From positions 516,963 to 580,962 of the forward strand of contig NIVC01000108.1 of NCBI GenBank assembly GCA_002269645.1: a stretch of DNA of 64,000 nt, written 5' to 3'. The translations under genes and the position numbers were made by a program. Below, in pieces: positions 47,546-60,200 of this stretch. Under the pieces are notes generated by a model, which made no database searches, was not told the origin of the DNA, and saw only the letters and a program-made list of their open reading frames with translations. This DNA comes from Macrostomum lignano (lineage: Eukaryota). The first letter of the stretch is position 1, and each line of letters starts with the position of its first letter.

Positions 47546-50500
47546 TCACAGCTGGCTCACCATGACAGGCCGGCAGCCCAGCAGGCCGTCCATCTCCCAG
47601 GCTGCACCACCGCCGCCGCCGCTCCCGCTGCCAGCGCCGTCGAGTCGGCTGAGACTCCTCGAGCTGCCGGCCGACGACCGGGACCTTCGACACTGATGGT
47701 GCTGCACAATTGCCACGGCCTCCAGCTCGGCCTCCGCGTTGCTGTTCTCCTCCAAGTCGAAGTCGTCGAAGAAGCCGAGCGCTGCGCACGAGTGGCGCCT
47801 CGGAGGCAGCGGCGCGCAGCTGCCCTCGGCGACTCGAAGGGCGCCGATCCAGTGGCAGGACTGCGCCGGGCTGCAGTCGCAGGTGGTGGCCCCGGCGGCG
47901 GAGAACCGGTCCACCCGGCTGCCGGCTTTCCGATAAGCATTGGCGCTGCCTTCAGCGTCGGTGCCGCCGCAGCGGCGCAGACGGCAGCCGCGGCCGCCGC
48001 GCTCCGGGCCCGCCGAGCCGCAGCAGAGCCTGGGCAGCCGGATGTGCGCCCGGAAGTGCTGATTGAGGCTGAGGTAGATGAAGAAGTTCAGGTTGAGGCA
48101 GAGCAGGTAGACGACCTCGCTGAGCGGGTGGAGGCGGCGGTAGAGCGGGCAGCAGATCCACAGGAGGCTGGTGCCGCACGGACAGTGCGGGTAGATGAAC
48201 GCGAAGACGTCCTTCAGCAGCAGCGAGCGCGGCAGCTGGCCGGCCAGGAACACGAAGATGACCACGATGAGGAGGATGGTGAGGTTTTTCTGCGCCCGGA
48301 TGCGGCTGAGCGAAGCCTGCAGCACTTTGGAGGTCCGCATGGCCGGCGGGTCCTGGCGCTGGCGAAGCTGGCTGGCGCAGCTGGCCCGCTGGTGGCGCAG
48401 CACCAGGTAGAGCAGCAGGGTGTTGTTCACCGCCAGCAGGACGAAGGGCAGCACGGATGAGCAGGCCAGCTTGATGAAGGCGTAGGCGCGGTAGTCCGAG
48501 GAGCTGCCGAACCGAGTCTGCTCGATGGTCATGAACCGGACGGTGGCGTTGGTGGCGGGAGACGCTCGCGAGTTGAAGGTGATGGCGGAGGTAAAGGAGT
48601 TGGGCAGGTTGAACAGGAAGCTGAGGCTGCAGACGCACACGATGGTCAGCTTGGTGTCGGTGCGGTGGCAACGGGTGCGCCTGAAGTGGAAATACTTCAT
48701 GGCCATGTAGCGCTCGATGCCGAGGAGGACCGTCAGCCAGGCGCACACGGTCTGCAGCGTGAAGTTCACCGTGGTCGTCACGTAGACGCTGGCGAAGGCG
48801 AGGGCCGACCGGAGCAGGTGGAAAGCCTTCGAGTTGCAGGGGAACCTGGCGCTGTGGTCCTGGCACCTGGGGTGGCGAGGGAGTGGGGTTGGCTGAGGTG
48901 CTGGCTGTGTGTGCTGTGGGTGAGGAGTGGGGTTGGCTGAGGTGCTGGCTGTGTGTGCTGTGGGTGAGGAGTGGGGTTGGCTGGGGTGCTGGCTGTGTGC
49001 TGTGTGTGAGGAGTGGGGTTGGCTGGGGTGCTGGCTGTGTGCTGTGGGTGAGGAGTGGGGTTGGCTGAGGTGCTGGCTGTGTGTGCTGTGGGTGAGGAGT
49101 GGGGTTGGCTGGGGTGTTGGCTGTGTGCTGTGGGTGAGGAGTGGGGTTGGCTGGGGTGCTGGCTGTGTGCTGTGGGTGAGGAGTGGGGTTGGCTGGGGTG
49201 CTGGCTGTGTGCTGTGGGTGAGGAGTGGGGTTGGCTGGGGTGCTGGCTGTGTGCTGTGTGTGAGGAGTGGGGTTGGCTGGGGTGCTGGCTGTGTGCTGTG
49301 TGTGAGGAGTGGGGTTGGCTGGGGTGCTGGCTGTGTGCTGTGGGTGAGGAGTGGGGTTGGCTGGGGTGCTGGCTGTGTGCTGTGTGTGAGGAGTGGGGTT
49401 GGCTGGGGTGCTGGCTGTGTGTGCTGTGGGTGAGGAGTGGGGTTGGCTGGGGTGTTGGCTGTGTGCTGTGGGTGAGTGTGGTTGATCTAAGCCTTTTCGT
49501 TAACTGTAATAAAATACATGTAGCTGGAGAATGCCTCTCATTCTTTTAACCCTCCAACATATTGTTCAAAATGATTCAAAGGCCAGGTTTAAAACGGATG
49601 AAAGCGGAGTGCGGAGCGAGGTTAATGAAATTAGACTCCTGTAATTCCGTATCGTCGCTTCGCATGCTTGCGTGACACGGCGGAGCAACAGGCCTCTAGA
49701 TACGGCGAAGTCTCTGAGTCTGAGGAATGGGGATGAAGCGGCTTGTTGCTGTTGGATACCGGGAGCAGCAAGCCTGTCTGGTTTTCTGTGGCAGCCGCGG
49801 TGCTGGCCGAGGTTCCCGAGACTTGAGCGGCTGCGCATTTGAGGATATTGAATTTCGGCTGCACTTTTATCCCCGAAATTAAACTACCAATTCGAGTCCA
49901 TTTTACCTGTCAATCATCGCTGCAAAGAGGTGAAGCTTCTCTAGGGGAGCCGTGCCAGCATCTTGATGAGGCCAATCCGTAGCCATTAGAGTCGCTTTAA
50001 TAATGGGTGGGGCTCTTGGACGGAGGCTGCAGGGAGCCAGGCCGGCCTCTCATATTCCTCCCGAATTTCAATTAACAAAATTGCCAATCCCCTGCACCTG
50101 GCTGGGCGGGAGCAGAGGCGGGAGGGCAGGTGGCGGCAGTCGGAGCTAATCAACCCCCCCCCCCCAGATGAGATGAGACTGCTGCCCTGCACGAACAGCC
50201 AGCCTGGCCGGGTCTCCGAGGAAATCAGAGTCTGCACCGTCGGAGGCTGTCCCAAATGCCCGCGCTAAAACACGGCTTTGTCCAACAATGCTCAATATTT
50301 CGAGCTGTCAAAGATGTTTCGTGCAGTCTGTCAGGCTCTGGTTATAAATCACTTTTCTTTCTTGTTTTACGCATTAGTGGATTACCAGCTGTTTTTTGTA
50401 CTTTAAAGAGATTAGCTGGTGTTTATGATCAACAGCGGCTTCTTGAGAACTCCCTGCGCGTTAGCTTGCCTACGTGTGAAGGCGGTCAGGACTCCAGCTG

Positions 50501-50934
50501 ACTCCCTACCTGATTGCGGTGAGCACACAGGAGGTGCATAACAGCAGGAACCCCCCCTACCTGATTGCGGTGAGCACATAGGAGGTGCAGAACAGCAGAA
50601 CCCCCCCCCCCTACCTGAGCGCGGTGAGCACATAGGAGGTGTAGAACAGCAGGAACAGGGCGTCCACCAGGGAGATGGCGGCCATGTAGGTGTACGCCGG
50701 GCCCTCGAACTGCTGCCTGCGGAAGATGCAAAAGTTGAGCACATTGAGCAGGAAGCCGGAGACGCACAGCAGCATGGGCAGGTAGAAGGTGAGCAGCAGC
50801 TCAAGCCTGAGCTCGGTGCCGCTCACCTGGCACTCGGACCGGTTGCTGAGGGCCGCACGGATCGCTGACACCGGTGAGCTGCAGGTCAGGTTCAGCTGCT
50901 CCTTGGCCAGCAACTCCGGCCGCATCTCCATCAT
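47546..50934 (-). CDS. Rhodopsin-class peptide GPCR, FMRFamide/sex-peptide-receptor-like, about 546 aa, 2 exons
   Basis: Exons 50615-50934 and 47546-48866 join in phase (AG|G = R). Seven hydrophobic segments, GFLLNVLNF (TM1), TVCAWLTVLLGIERY (TM3), LNLNFFIY (TM7, typical of the FMRFaR-like group), long disordered C-tail. Confidence 0.85.
48880..49480. repeat. 42/44-bp G/T-rich intronic minisatellite
   Basis: GTGAGGAGTGGGGTTGGCTGGGGTGCTGGCTGTGTGCTGTGG units. Confidence 0.93.
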
Positions 50935-51224
50935 TGACCTGCCTGACATTGGGAAGTAGGTTGACAGCTCGGGATGCTGGGTTGGGGACTGCGCGCTGCT
51001 GCATCTGGGATGCTAGCTGATATGGACTCGCCCTGCCAATAGGAGACCCCAGCCCGTGACTGGCTGCTCGGGGGAGGGGGTACGCAGAGCTCTGGGGATT
51101 TCCAATGGCCATGGCAGTGGGGATTTGAAATTTCAGAGGCATCCGATGGGGAATTTCCAGCGACAATGAGGATTTCAACCTTGGAAATTTCCCATAGATA
51201 TAGAAATGCCCGCTGTAACCCATG

Positions 51225-51625
51225 GGAATTCTCCCCATCAATAATTAGGAGTTCTCCCCATCGATAATTGGGAATTCTCCTAATCAATATTCGGAAATTC
51301 TCCCTATCAAAAATTCCCTATCAAAAAAATCTACCTATCGATAATTGGGAATTCTCCCCATCAAGAATTAGGAGTTCTCCCTATAAAAAATTGGGAATTC
51401 TCCCTATCAATAATCGGGAATTCTCCCTATCAATAATCGGGAATTCTCCCTATAAAAAATTGGGAATTCTCACTATCAATAATCGGGAATTCTCCCTATC
51501 AATATTTGGGAATTCTCCCTATCAATAATCGGGAATTCTCCCTATCAATAATCGGGAATTCTCCCTATCAATATTTGGGAATTCTCCCTATCAATAATCG
51601 GGAATTCTCCCTATCGATAATTGGG
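51225..51625. repeat. Degenerate 23-bp minisatellite (GGGAATTCTCCCTATCAATAATC)n
   Basis: Tandem units upstream of the GPCR ATG. Confidence 0.88.
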
Positions 51626-51629
51626 ATGT

Positions 51630-51992
51630 CAGCTGTATAACCGATAGGAATTCTCCCTATTGATGTTGGGATGCCAGCTGTATAACCGATAGGAATTCTC
51701 CCTATTGATGTTGGGATGCCAGCTGTATAACCGATAGGAATTCTCCCTATTGATGTTGGGATGCCAGCTGTATAACCGATAGGAATTCTCCCTATTGATG
51801 TTGGGATGCCAGCTGTATAACCGATAGGAATTCTCCCTATTGATGTTGGGATGCCAGCTGTATAACCGATAGGAATTCTCCCTATTGATGTTGGGATGCC
51901 AGCTGTATAACCGATAGGAATTCTCCCTATTGATGTTGGGATGCCAGCTGTATAACCGATAGGAATTCTCCCTATTGATGTTGGGATGCCAG
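51630..51992. repeat. Homogeneous 45-bp tandem repeat, 8 copies
   Basis: GATAGGAATTCTCCCTATTGATGTTGGGATGCCAGCTGTATAACC repeated without visible variation. Confidence 0.95.
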
Positions 51993-52969
51993 CTCCTCAA
52001 ACTACAAATGGGTGGCATCGAGCAGCTCTAGTGCAGCACATCTTGCGAGCGCTCATCAAATAACAGGCGTCAATAATTACATGCGTCAAGCAGCGAGGAG
52101 CCATCAGTCGAGATATTTTTTGAAGAAAAAAACTGAAAGAAAAAAAGGGGGCGAAAATTGCATATTTCACTTTTACAATTTTAAGGTAGGAGGCCTCTAA
52201 ATTTATCTTGATGTTTTCGCAACCCGCGTTAAATACAATACAATACAATAAATACAATGGCCACCGGCCACAAGTGGTCAGGAAAGGGGGGACATTGTCA
52301 AAAAGCACGCTTAGCTGCGCAGTCTCTGATGAAGGTAGCGCCATTGATCTGATCAGGCGCCCTGGCGTCTTCTGTCAGACAGTCGACGAACCTCCGGGTC
52401 CGCGCCTGCCCCCGCGCGGATCACGTGATCTCTTTCTATCAACGGTATTAAACGGTTTTCTTACTAAGCAGGAGTGGATTTTCAGTTTTGCTTGATCCAG
52501 AGTTCGGTCATCCAAACCTACGGGCCTGTATCGCAAGACAGTATCGGAAAGGCAACCGGCATTTCGGCGGTGCGCCATGCAGGGTCCTGCGAGGAGGAAC
52601 AATCAATGCCGCGCATGTACTCAAGCAACAAATAACCAACGTGCCCTCGCAACTCCTCACGCCCAAGCAGCCCCAGACTAGCTCAGTGGCACTTTGTCAC
52701 ACCCCTCCCCGCATAAGCCTATCTCATCCAGCCGGTTAGGCGCCTTCGGCGCGGATTCTCATGGATCGCCTTAGAAGCTCATCGGTTTGGCCGGGCGCGG
52801 CTGGCGCTGGCCACGGCAAAAGCGGTGCCGCAGGCGGATCCGGACGTTGTTGCTGGCACCCCATGCAGCGGGCAGCCGACCTCTCGATCTCCTTGTCCAT
52901 ACTGGGCCACCAAATGCTGCTCCTGGCGATCGTACCTGACTCGCTAGTGAATGCAATATCTAGCTGTGG

Positions 52970-53385
52970 CGGACTTCAGCGTCAGAGATGCCTGGGATAG
53001 AGCGCTGGAGCTGAGAATCTGCTGGTTGTTTAATAGCACAGACGAGACGATCACGCAGCATGTCGTACAGCACGGTGCTGAAGTTGCAGTGCTCGGACAG
53101 CTTTCCTAAGCTCCGCTATGTACGCAGACATGGTCTCACCCGATTGACAAACGCGGTTGTTGAACGTATGAAGCACTGCACTAATTCTGGCGGCTTTGGG
53201 TTGCAATGTTTCTCTAGTAGTCGCAGATCTGTGTAGGACTTGTCTGTGAGCTTCTCTGGTGAGCACAGGTTCCTGGCTGCCTTTGAATGTCTCACTGTCA
53301 CATACACTGAGCAGTAGCGCTCGTTAGCTTCTTGGTGTCATCTTCCACATCGTTGGCTAGGAAATGCTGCTTTTGATACTCAGGC
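52970..53385 (-). mobile_element. Degenerate Mag-type Ty3/gypsy gag fragment
   Basis: Frameshifted peptides HFLANDVEDD, RNLCSPEKLTDKSY, HCNPKPPELVQ, QSGETMSAYIAELRK, HCNFSTVLYDMLRDRLVC align with the gag of the intact element at 23574. Confidence 0.8.
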
Positions 53386-53890
53386 CAAGGACTACTTAAG
53401 AAGTTTAACGAAGTGACTTCATTGGTTCTTGACTCAGGCCTTATACTCAAATAGATTACTGAAGTTGCAAACGCAATATATTCTTTCTTGATATTATTTT
53501 ATTGTTTCTGTACTCATCTGGCTGCAAAGGTAGAAAATATAAATTATATCTTCTAATTTCTAACTTTATAGATGACTATATTAATAGTTGATTTCAGTGG
53601 TAAAACATGCTGGTTATTTGATGCTTAATGTCGGTTATTGTTCTGAGCTTTTATGTCTTATTCCGGGATTGATCTTCGCGAAAAGCATATATGAACGACT
53701 ATGAAAAACGTAATATTACAAATCTAGTTTTCTAAGAAAAGCAAAAATAGTGGAGTTGAGCCCGCTGACGATATCTTCCACATCTAAACTGTAGTTTTTG
53801 ACCCGGCAATACTTTTCGTCCTGTTAGCAGTATTCGATATATTACACTATTATTAGGTTAGATTGAAAGGTACCATTCGGGAAAATCTTC

Positions 53891-56800
53891 ATGGCGGCTA
53901 AAACTCCAAAACCCGATGATTCTTTCCCACTTTTTGAAAAATTTACAACACTGTCAAAAAAGAAAGCTAAAGAAAAGGATGAAGGTAATGATTGTAAACT
54001 TTTGTTTTCTTCCAAAAATAGCTGGAGATTTTTTGAACTTATAATAAACGCTTTGGCTTAGTATGGTATAATATGTTGATTGGCAATATGGTTATTGCTT
54101 TGCATTCCACCATTATCAGGGTCCTTATAATAGGAATAATAGAAACTCTTGTAAGGGGTTTTTCAGTAATGAGGCAAGAGCAAGGCGGTGGTTAAACTGG
54201 TTAATGGGTTTATAGAATAATGTTATTGGAATCTAGAAAAGATTTGCATTAATTGTAGTACTACTTCACTGTAATAAATTATACATTGAATAATTATAAA
54301 TGCGAGTATTAAAATTAGTTACTATGAGAGAAATTTCAAGAATTTAATTTGTACTCTATGGGGAAATTTCTAGAAATTAAATAATTCAAATGCATCAAAC
54401 TTTCGCGAAGGTCACTACACTCTAATATGCATGCATACTTATAGCCAAATCTATGGCTTCTTTATATATCACCATTTTCCTATAGTCATAGCTATAAGAG
54501 CTATTTCCTTTATATAAAAATGCTTATTTTGTAGAAATTATATAAATGCCTACAAGTATTTCTTTGACAAGTCTAAAAAAATTTCAATAACTCCTAAAAG
54601 ATGTTATTTTATACAGTTTTATGAACATATTATCAATATAATTATTATTAAGTTTCCTTTTTTAATATGAATCTAATCAAAAATAATTACTAATAGGCAA
54701 TGAAAATGTAACAAATCAATTGACTCATTTGTCTAGGTTTTATCTATCTTTTTTCTAAGTAGGCCTTATTATATATGCAAATTACTATTTGCTAAAAGGA
54801 ATCATATAATAACTGCAATTTTTCAGCTATATAAATATTATAATTTTCCTAATTTTCCTTAGGATAAAATTCATTCATTTCATTATGATAATTCTTTCCT
54901 AGGATCATTATTCTCTAAAAATCATTAAATCTTTATGATAAAGTATTATCATATAAATACCAAAATGCCATGTTAGCTGTCCTCTTTACCAAAAATAGGA
55001 TATATTAATTGATAATAATCATCAATAGGCTATATTACCTTAATGATAATGGCCTTGCAATGCAAAGTGAAATTCATCTTAAAAACAAATAAGTTCTGCA
55101 TAGAAAATAAAAAAATAAATGCCTAAGCACAAAAAATTCATTATATGTTGGCTTTAAGGCAGCTTTTATAATTTATTATTGGCACTAATACTACCATTGC
55201 TACACTAATCTAACAATATGTACAAATTTCTAGCAAAAACCTACTGTTCTGCATACCTTTGTTGGTTAAAGCTTCTTATATGCATTTAATGTATGAAATA
55301 CACCCTAGGTGGCTCTATCTATTTAATTGTTAGGCATATAAACCTTATGCCTTGGAAGATTGGCCATCTAGCATAAGCTCCAAATGAATTAGCCTTGGGT
55401 ATAAAATTTAGTTAAGTAATATAATGCAAGATTCAACATATTTAATCCTTAGATACTCTATTATTTGAAATGTAGATTTTATGCTCCTAAATATTCCCCC
55501 TTTTAAAGCTAAATTTATGCTTAAATCTCTCTTTGAAAATCACAATTTTTCATCATACCAATTGCCATCTAGGCTTTTATTTTATTAGCTATAGGCCCTA
55601 AAAATGCCAAATAATTCTAGCAAAGAAAAGAAATTGAAGTTGAATCTACATGTATCCCTGACATTTTCTTAATGCTTTACTTATAGTAATAATAGCAGAA
55701 TATTGCATGCATAATCTCTTTTTTAATACTATACTTACTAAATAGTAAGATTTTTAAAAATGCATTAACATTAAAAATAAAAACACTGTATTACTGCAAC
55801 TACTAATACTACTACTATTCTTCCAGTAGCAACTAGCGTTGCCAGCACTAGTAAGACTGTTTCATTCCAAAAATGCGCCCATATATGCACTGCACCTGCT
55901 GAATGTACATCATTTGTTCCCCCCAACACCCGGCAGCCGCCGCCCTCGAGCAGGAGGGCCTGAATGCCATCACAACAGACGGCCGGACCGAGGACAAGCT
56001 CGAGCCCGAGGACTTCAAGCTGGAGGAGGGCGGCGAGCGGCGCATGGTGGTTGAGAAGGACGCCGACGAGGCCCTGACCAACCTGATCGCCGTGCTGAAG
56101 GACTGGCTCAACGAGGTCTTGGTGGCCGACCGCATGGTTGTCCGGTCTCTGGCCGACGATCTCTACGACGGCCAGGTGTTGCAGATTCTGCTTCACCGGC
56201 TGTTCAACCGCACGCTGAGCGAGCCGGACGTCATCCACTCCGCCCACGGCCAGCGCCAGCGGCTCGAGAGCGTCTTGGCCGCCCTGGACGAATTGCTTGG
56301 CCGGCGGGCCGAGTGGACGGCCGAGGAGATTTACGGCCGGCAGCTGGTGCCCGTGCTGAGACTTCTGGTGGCCATCGCGTCTGCGGCCAGGTGAGCCGGC
56401 TAGGGGTGTCTGATCCGCCCCCCCCTAGCCACTCAGATCCGCCCCCTAGCCACTCAGATCCGCCCCCCTAGCCACTCAGATCCGCCCCCCTAGCCACTCA
56501 GATCCGCCCCTCTGAGCCACTCTGATCCGCCCCCCCCCCTAGCCACTCAGATCCGCCCCTCTGAGCCACTCTGATCCGCCCCCTCCCTCTGAGCCACTCT
56601 GATCCGCCCCCCCCCGAACTACTCTGATCCGCCCCCACCGCCTGAGCCACTCTGATCCGCCCCACCCCTGAGCCACTCTGATCCGCCCCACCCCTGAGCC
56701 ACTCTGATCCGCCCCCCCTGAGCTACTCTGATCCGCCCCCCCTCTGAGCCACTCTAATCCGCCCCCCTGAGCTACTCTGATCCGCCCCCTGAGCGACTCT

Positions 56801-57785
56801 GATCCGCCCCCTGAGCTACTCTGATCCGCCCCCAGAGCCACTCCGATCCACCCCCCCCCTCTGAGCCACTCTAATCCGCCCCCGAGCTACCCTGATCCGC
56901 CCCCTGAGCGACTCTGATCCGCCCCCCTCTGAGCCACTCTGATCCCCCCACCGCCTGAGCCACTCAGATCCGCCCCCCCCTCTGAGCCACTCTGATCTGC
57001 CCCCCCCCCACCGCCTGAGCCAATCTGATCCCCCCCTCTGAGCCACTCTAATCCCCCCTCCGAGCTACCCTGATCCGCCCCCCCCCCTCTGAGCCACTCC
57101 GATCCGCCACCCCCTCTGAGCCACTCTAATCCCCCCCTCCGAGCTACCCTGATCCGCCCCCCTGAGCTACTCTGATCCGCCCCCCAGAGCCACTTTGGTC
57201 CACCCCCCCCCCTCCTAGCCGATCCGATCCACCCCTCCAGCCATACCGAATCCGCCACACCCCGCAGAGCGCCCATCAAGCTGCCAGGCCGGGTGACGGT
57301 GCCGGTGCTGGTGGTGCAGAAGCGAGACGGCGCCCTGCAGTACACCCGCCGGCTGGAGAGCGTCACGGGCCCGGAGGACGTGTTCTGCCTGGCCGACGCC
57401 GAGCGCGACATGCTGGACGACATCTTCGAGCGAAGCCCCGAGCGGTCGGTCTGCTGGAGCGCCACCTCATGCTGTTCATCAACAGCAACTTGGCCTGCTT
57501 GAACATCGAGGTGACCGACCTGGCCAGGGACTTGGCCGACGGGTGAACCTGATCATCCTGCTCGGCCTGCTCGAGGGCTACTTCGTGCCGCTGCACTTTT
57601 ACACCAGCGTGTCCGCCACTAAGGAGCAGCGGGTCGCCAACGTCTCCCTGCTGTTTGACCTGATGGAGGACGCCGGGATTCTGAGGCCCACGACCCGGCC
57701 AGAGGAGTTGGTGGCCGGCGACCTGAAGGCCGCCCTGCGGGTCGGACTGCCGATCTTCTCCAAGTATAAGAGCGGCAGGCAGTGA
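53891..57785 (+). CDS. PARV: Parvin (two CH domains), about 355 aa after correcting two 1-bp G deletions; 3 exons
   Basis: Exons 53891-53984 (MAAKTPKPDDSF..KKKAKEKDE), 55937-56390 (LKDWLNEVL..DDLYDGQVLQ), 57268-57785 (APIKLP, VQKRDG, ADGVNLIILLGLLEGYFVPLH, DLKAALRV). Frame breaks at about 57445 and 57543. Confidence 0.9.
56405..57245. repeat. C-rich about 22-26 bp intronic minisatellite (GAGCCACTCTGATCCGCCCCCC)n
   Basis: Tandem units with a variable C run, in parvin intron 2. Confidence 0.92.
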
Positions 57786-57814
57786 CTGCCTTGTTGAACT
57801 CACTTCTGACTCAC

Positions 57815-58825
57815 TCACCTGAGCTGTTCCTGAATCACCTGAGCTGTTTCTGAATGACCTGAGCTGTTCCTGAATCACTGAGCTGTTCCTGAATGACCTG
57901 AGCTGTTCCTGAATCACCTGGGCTGTTTTTGAATGACATGAGCTGTTCCTGAATGACCTGAGCTGTTTTTGAATGACATGAGCTGTTCCTGAAGGACCTG
58001 GGCTGTTCCTGAATCACCTGGGCTGTTCCTGAATGACCTGGGCTGTTCCTGAATGACCTGGGCTGTTCCTGAATGACCTGAGCTGTTCCTGAATGACCTG
58101 AGCTGTTCCTTAATGACCTGAGCTGTTCCTGAATCACCTGAGCTGTTCCTGAATCACCTGGGCTGTTTCCTGAATGACCTGAGCTGTTTTTGAATGACAT
58201 GAGCTGTTCCTGAAGGACCTGGCTGTTCCTGAATCACCTGGGCTGTTCCTGAATGACCTGGGCGGTTCCTGAATCACCTGGGCTGTTCCTGAATCACCTG
58301 AGCTGTTCCTGAATCACCTGAGCTGTTCCTGAATCACCTGAGCTGTTCCTGAATCACCTGAGCTGTTCCTGAATCACCTGAGCTGTTCCTGAATGACCTG
58401 GGCTGTTCCTGAATCACCTGGGCTGTTCCTGAATCACCTGGGCTGTTCCTGAATGACTTGAGCTGTTCCTGAATCACCTGGGCTGTTCCTGAATGACTTG
58501 AGCTGTTCCTGAATCACCTGGGCTGTTCCTGAATGACTTGAGCTGTTCCTGAATCACCTGGGCTGTTCCTGAATCACCTGAGCTGTTCCTGAATCACCTG
58601 AGCTGTTCCTGAATCACCTGAGCTGTTCCTGAATCACCTGGGCTGTTCCTGAATCACCTGAGCTGTTCCTGAATCACCTGGGCTGTTCCTGAATCACCTG
58701 AGCTGTTCCTGAATCACCTGGGCTGTTCCTGAATCACCTGAGCTGTTCCTGAATCACCTGGGCTGTTCCTGAATCACATGAGCTGTTCCTGAATCACCTG
58801 GGCTGTTCCTGAATCACATGAGCAG
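57815..58825. repeat. 20-bp minisatellite (ACCTGAGCTGTTCCTGAATC)n
   Basis: About 50 units directly after the parvin stop; AATAAA near 58907. Confidence 0.95.
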
Positions 58826-59469
58826 TCCGTGAACTGTTTTCACAATAGCTGACGAAGCGGGTGCGAAATGCCGATTATTTCTATTTCAGTACAAATTTGA
58901 CATCAATAAAGTTTGCCTTACTGCCAGTGTATTAAGAGCTGCTTGAGTATCACGCTGAGGTTACTTAAGTAGTAGATGCCGATTAATGCTTGTCGCTTTT
59001 AATTCTATGTAAATATTATTTTTATTAAAAAGTTTTACCTAGCAGTGCTGCTAAAGTTTTTTATTGCATGTCCTCTGCGCACTACTGCCATAATCTTAAC
59101 TCGGCAGTAGTTTAGTTAAATTTGCATGCCTTCTGTATTTATGCTTAGTTTATTAAATTATCTGATAATGCTTGGCAATTTTCTTTTATTTTATGTACTA
59201 CTAGATTTGTCTGAGTAGTATGCGCTGCGTCGTATTTGATAGCAGATTTGGTTTTGATTTGCCATATAAGAAAATTTTGTGCTATTATAAACAGCTTGCA
59301 TGCAGAATCTGTGTACACCGAACGGCTACTCTGCTGGAACTCTGAAAAATACATTGCAGCCCTTCATATTTACAGAACTGATAATTATGCTTATTGGCTC
59401 ACCCATGCGATTACTATGCGAGCCATAATTCTTTCGACTGGAAATTAAAGTTTATTGCACCACACATCT

Positions 59470-60200
59470 TGGCTGGGCCAGCCTCTCAGATCCTCAGTTG
59501 CTGGGCCAGCCTCTCAGATCCTCAGTTGCTGGGCCAGCCTTCCAGATCCTCAGTTGCTGGGCCAGCCTTCCAGATCCTCAGTTGCTGGGCCACCGCCAGC
59601 CTCTCAGATCCTCAGTTGCTGGGCCAGCCTCTCAGATCCTCAGTTGCTGGGCCAGCCTTCCAGATCCTCAGTTGCTGGGCCACCGCCAGCCTCTCAGATC
59701 CTCAGTTGCTGGCCAGCCTCCCAGATCCTCAGTTGCTGGGCCACCGCCAGCCTCTCAGATCCTCAGTTGCTGGGCCAGCCTCCCAGATCTTCAGTTGCTG
59801 GGCCAGCCTCCCAGATCTTCAGTTGCTGGGGCAGCCTCTCAGATCCTCAGTTGCTGGGCCAGCCTCCCAGATCCTCAGTTGCTGGGGCAGCCTCCCAGAT
59901 CCTCAGTTGCTGGGCAGCCTCTCAGATCCTCAGTTGCTGGGCCAGCCTCCCAGATCCTCAGTTGCTGGGCCACCGCCAGCCTCTCAGATCCTCAGTTGCT
60001 GGGCCAGCCTCCCAGATCTTCAGTTGCTGGGCCAGCCTCCCAGATCTTCAGTTGCTGGGCCAGCCTCCCAGATCCTCAGTTGCTGGGCCAGCCTCTCAGA
60101 TTTTCAGTTGCTGGGGCAGCCTCCCAGATCCTCAGTTGCTGGGCCAGCCACCCAGATCCTCAGTTGCTGGGCCAGCCTCCCAGATCCCCAGCTGCTGGGC
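59470..60200. repeat. 28-bp minisatellite (GCTGGGCCAGCCTCTCAGATCCTCAGTT)n
   Basis: Tandem units. Confidence 0.93.

Noticed and set aside
51225-51992. GGGAATTCTCCC as an NF-kB site cluster
   Set aside because: The match is loose, arises from a repeat unit, and Rel-family presence in this organism is unknown.
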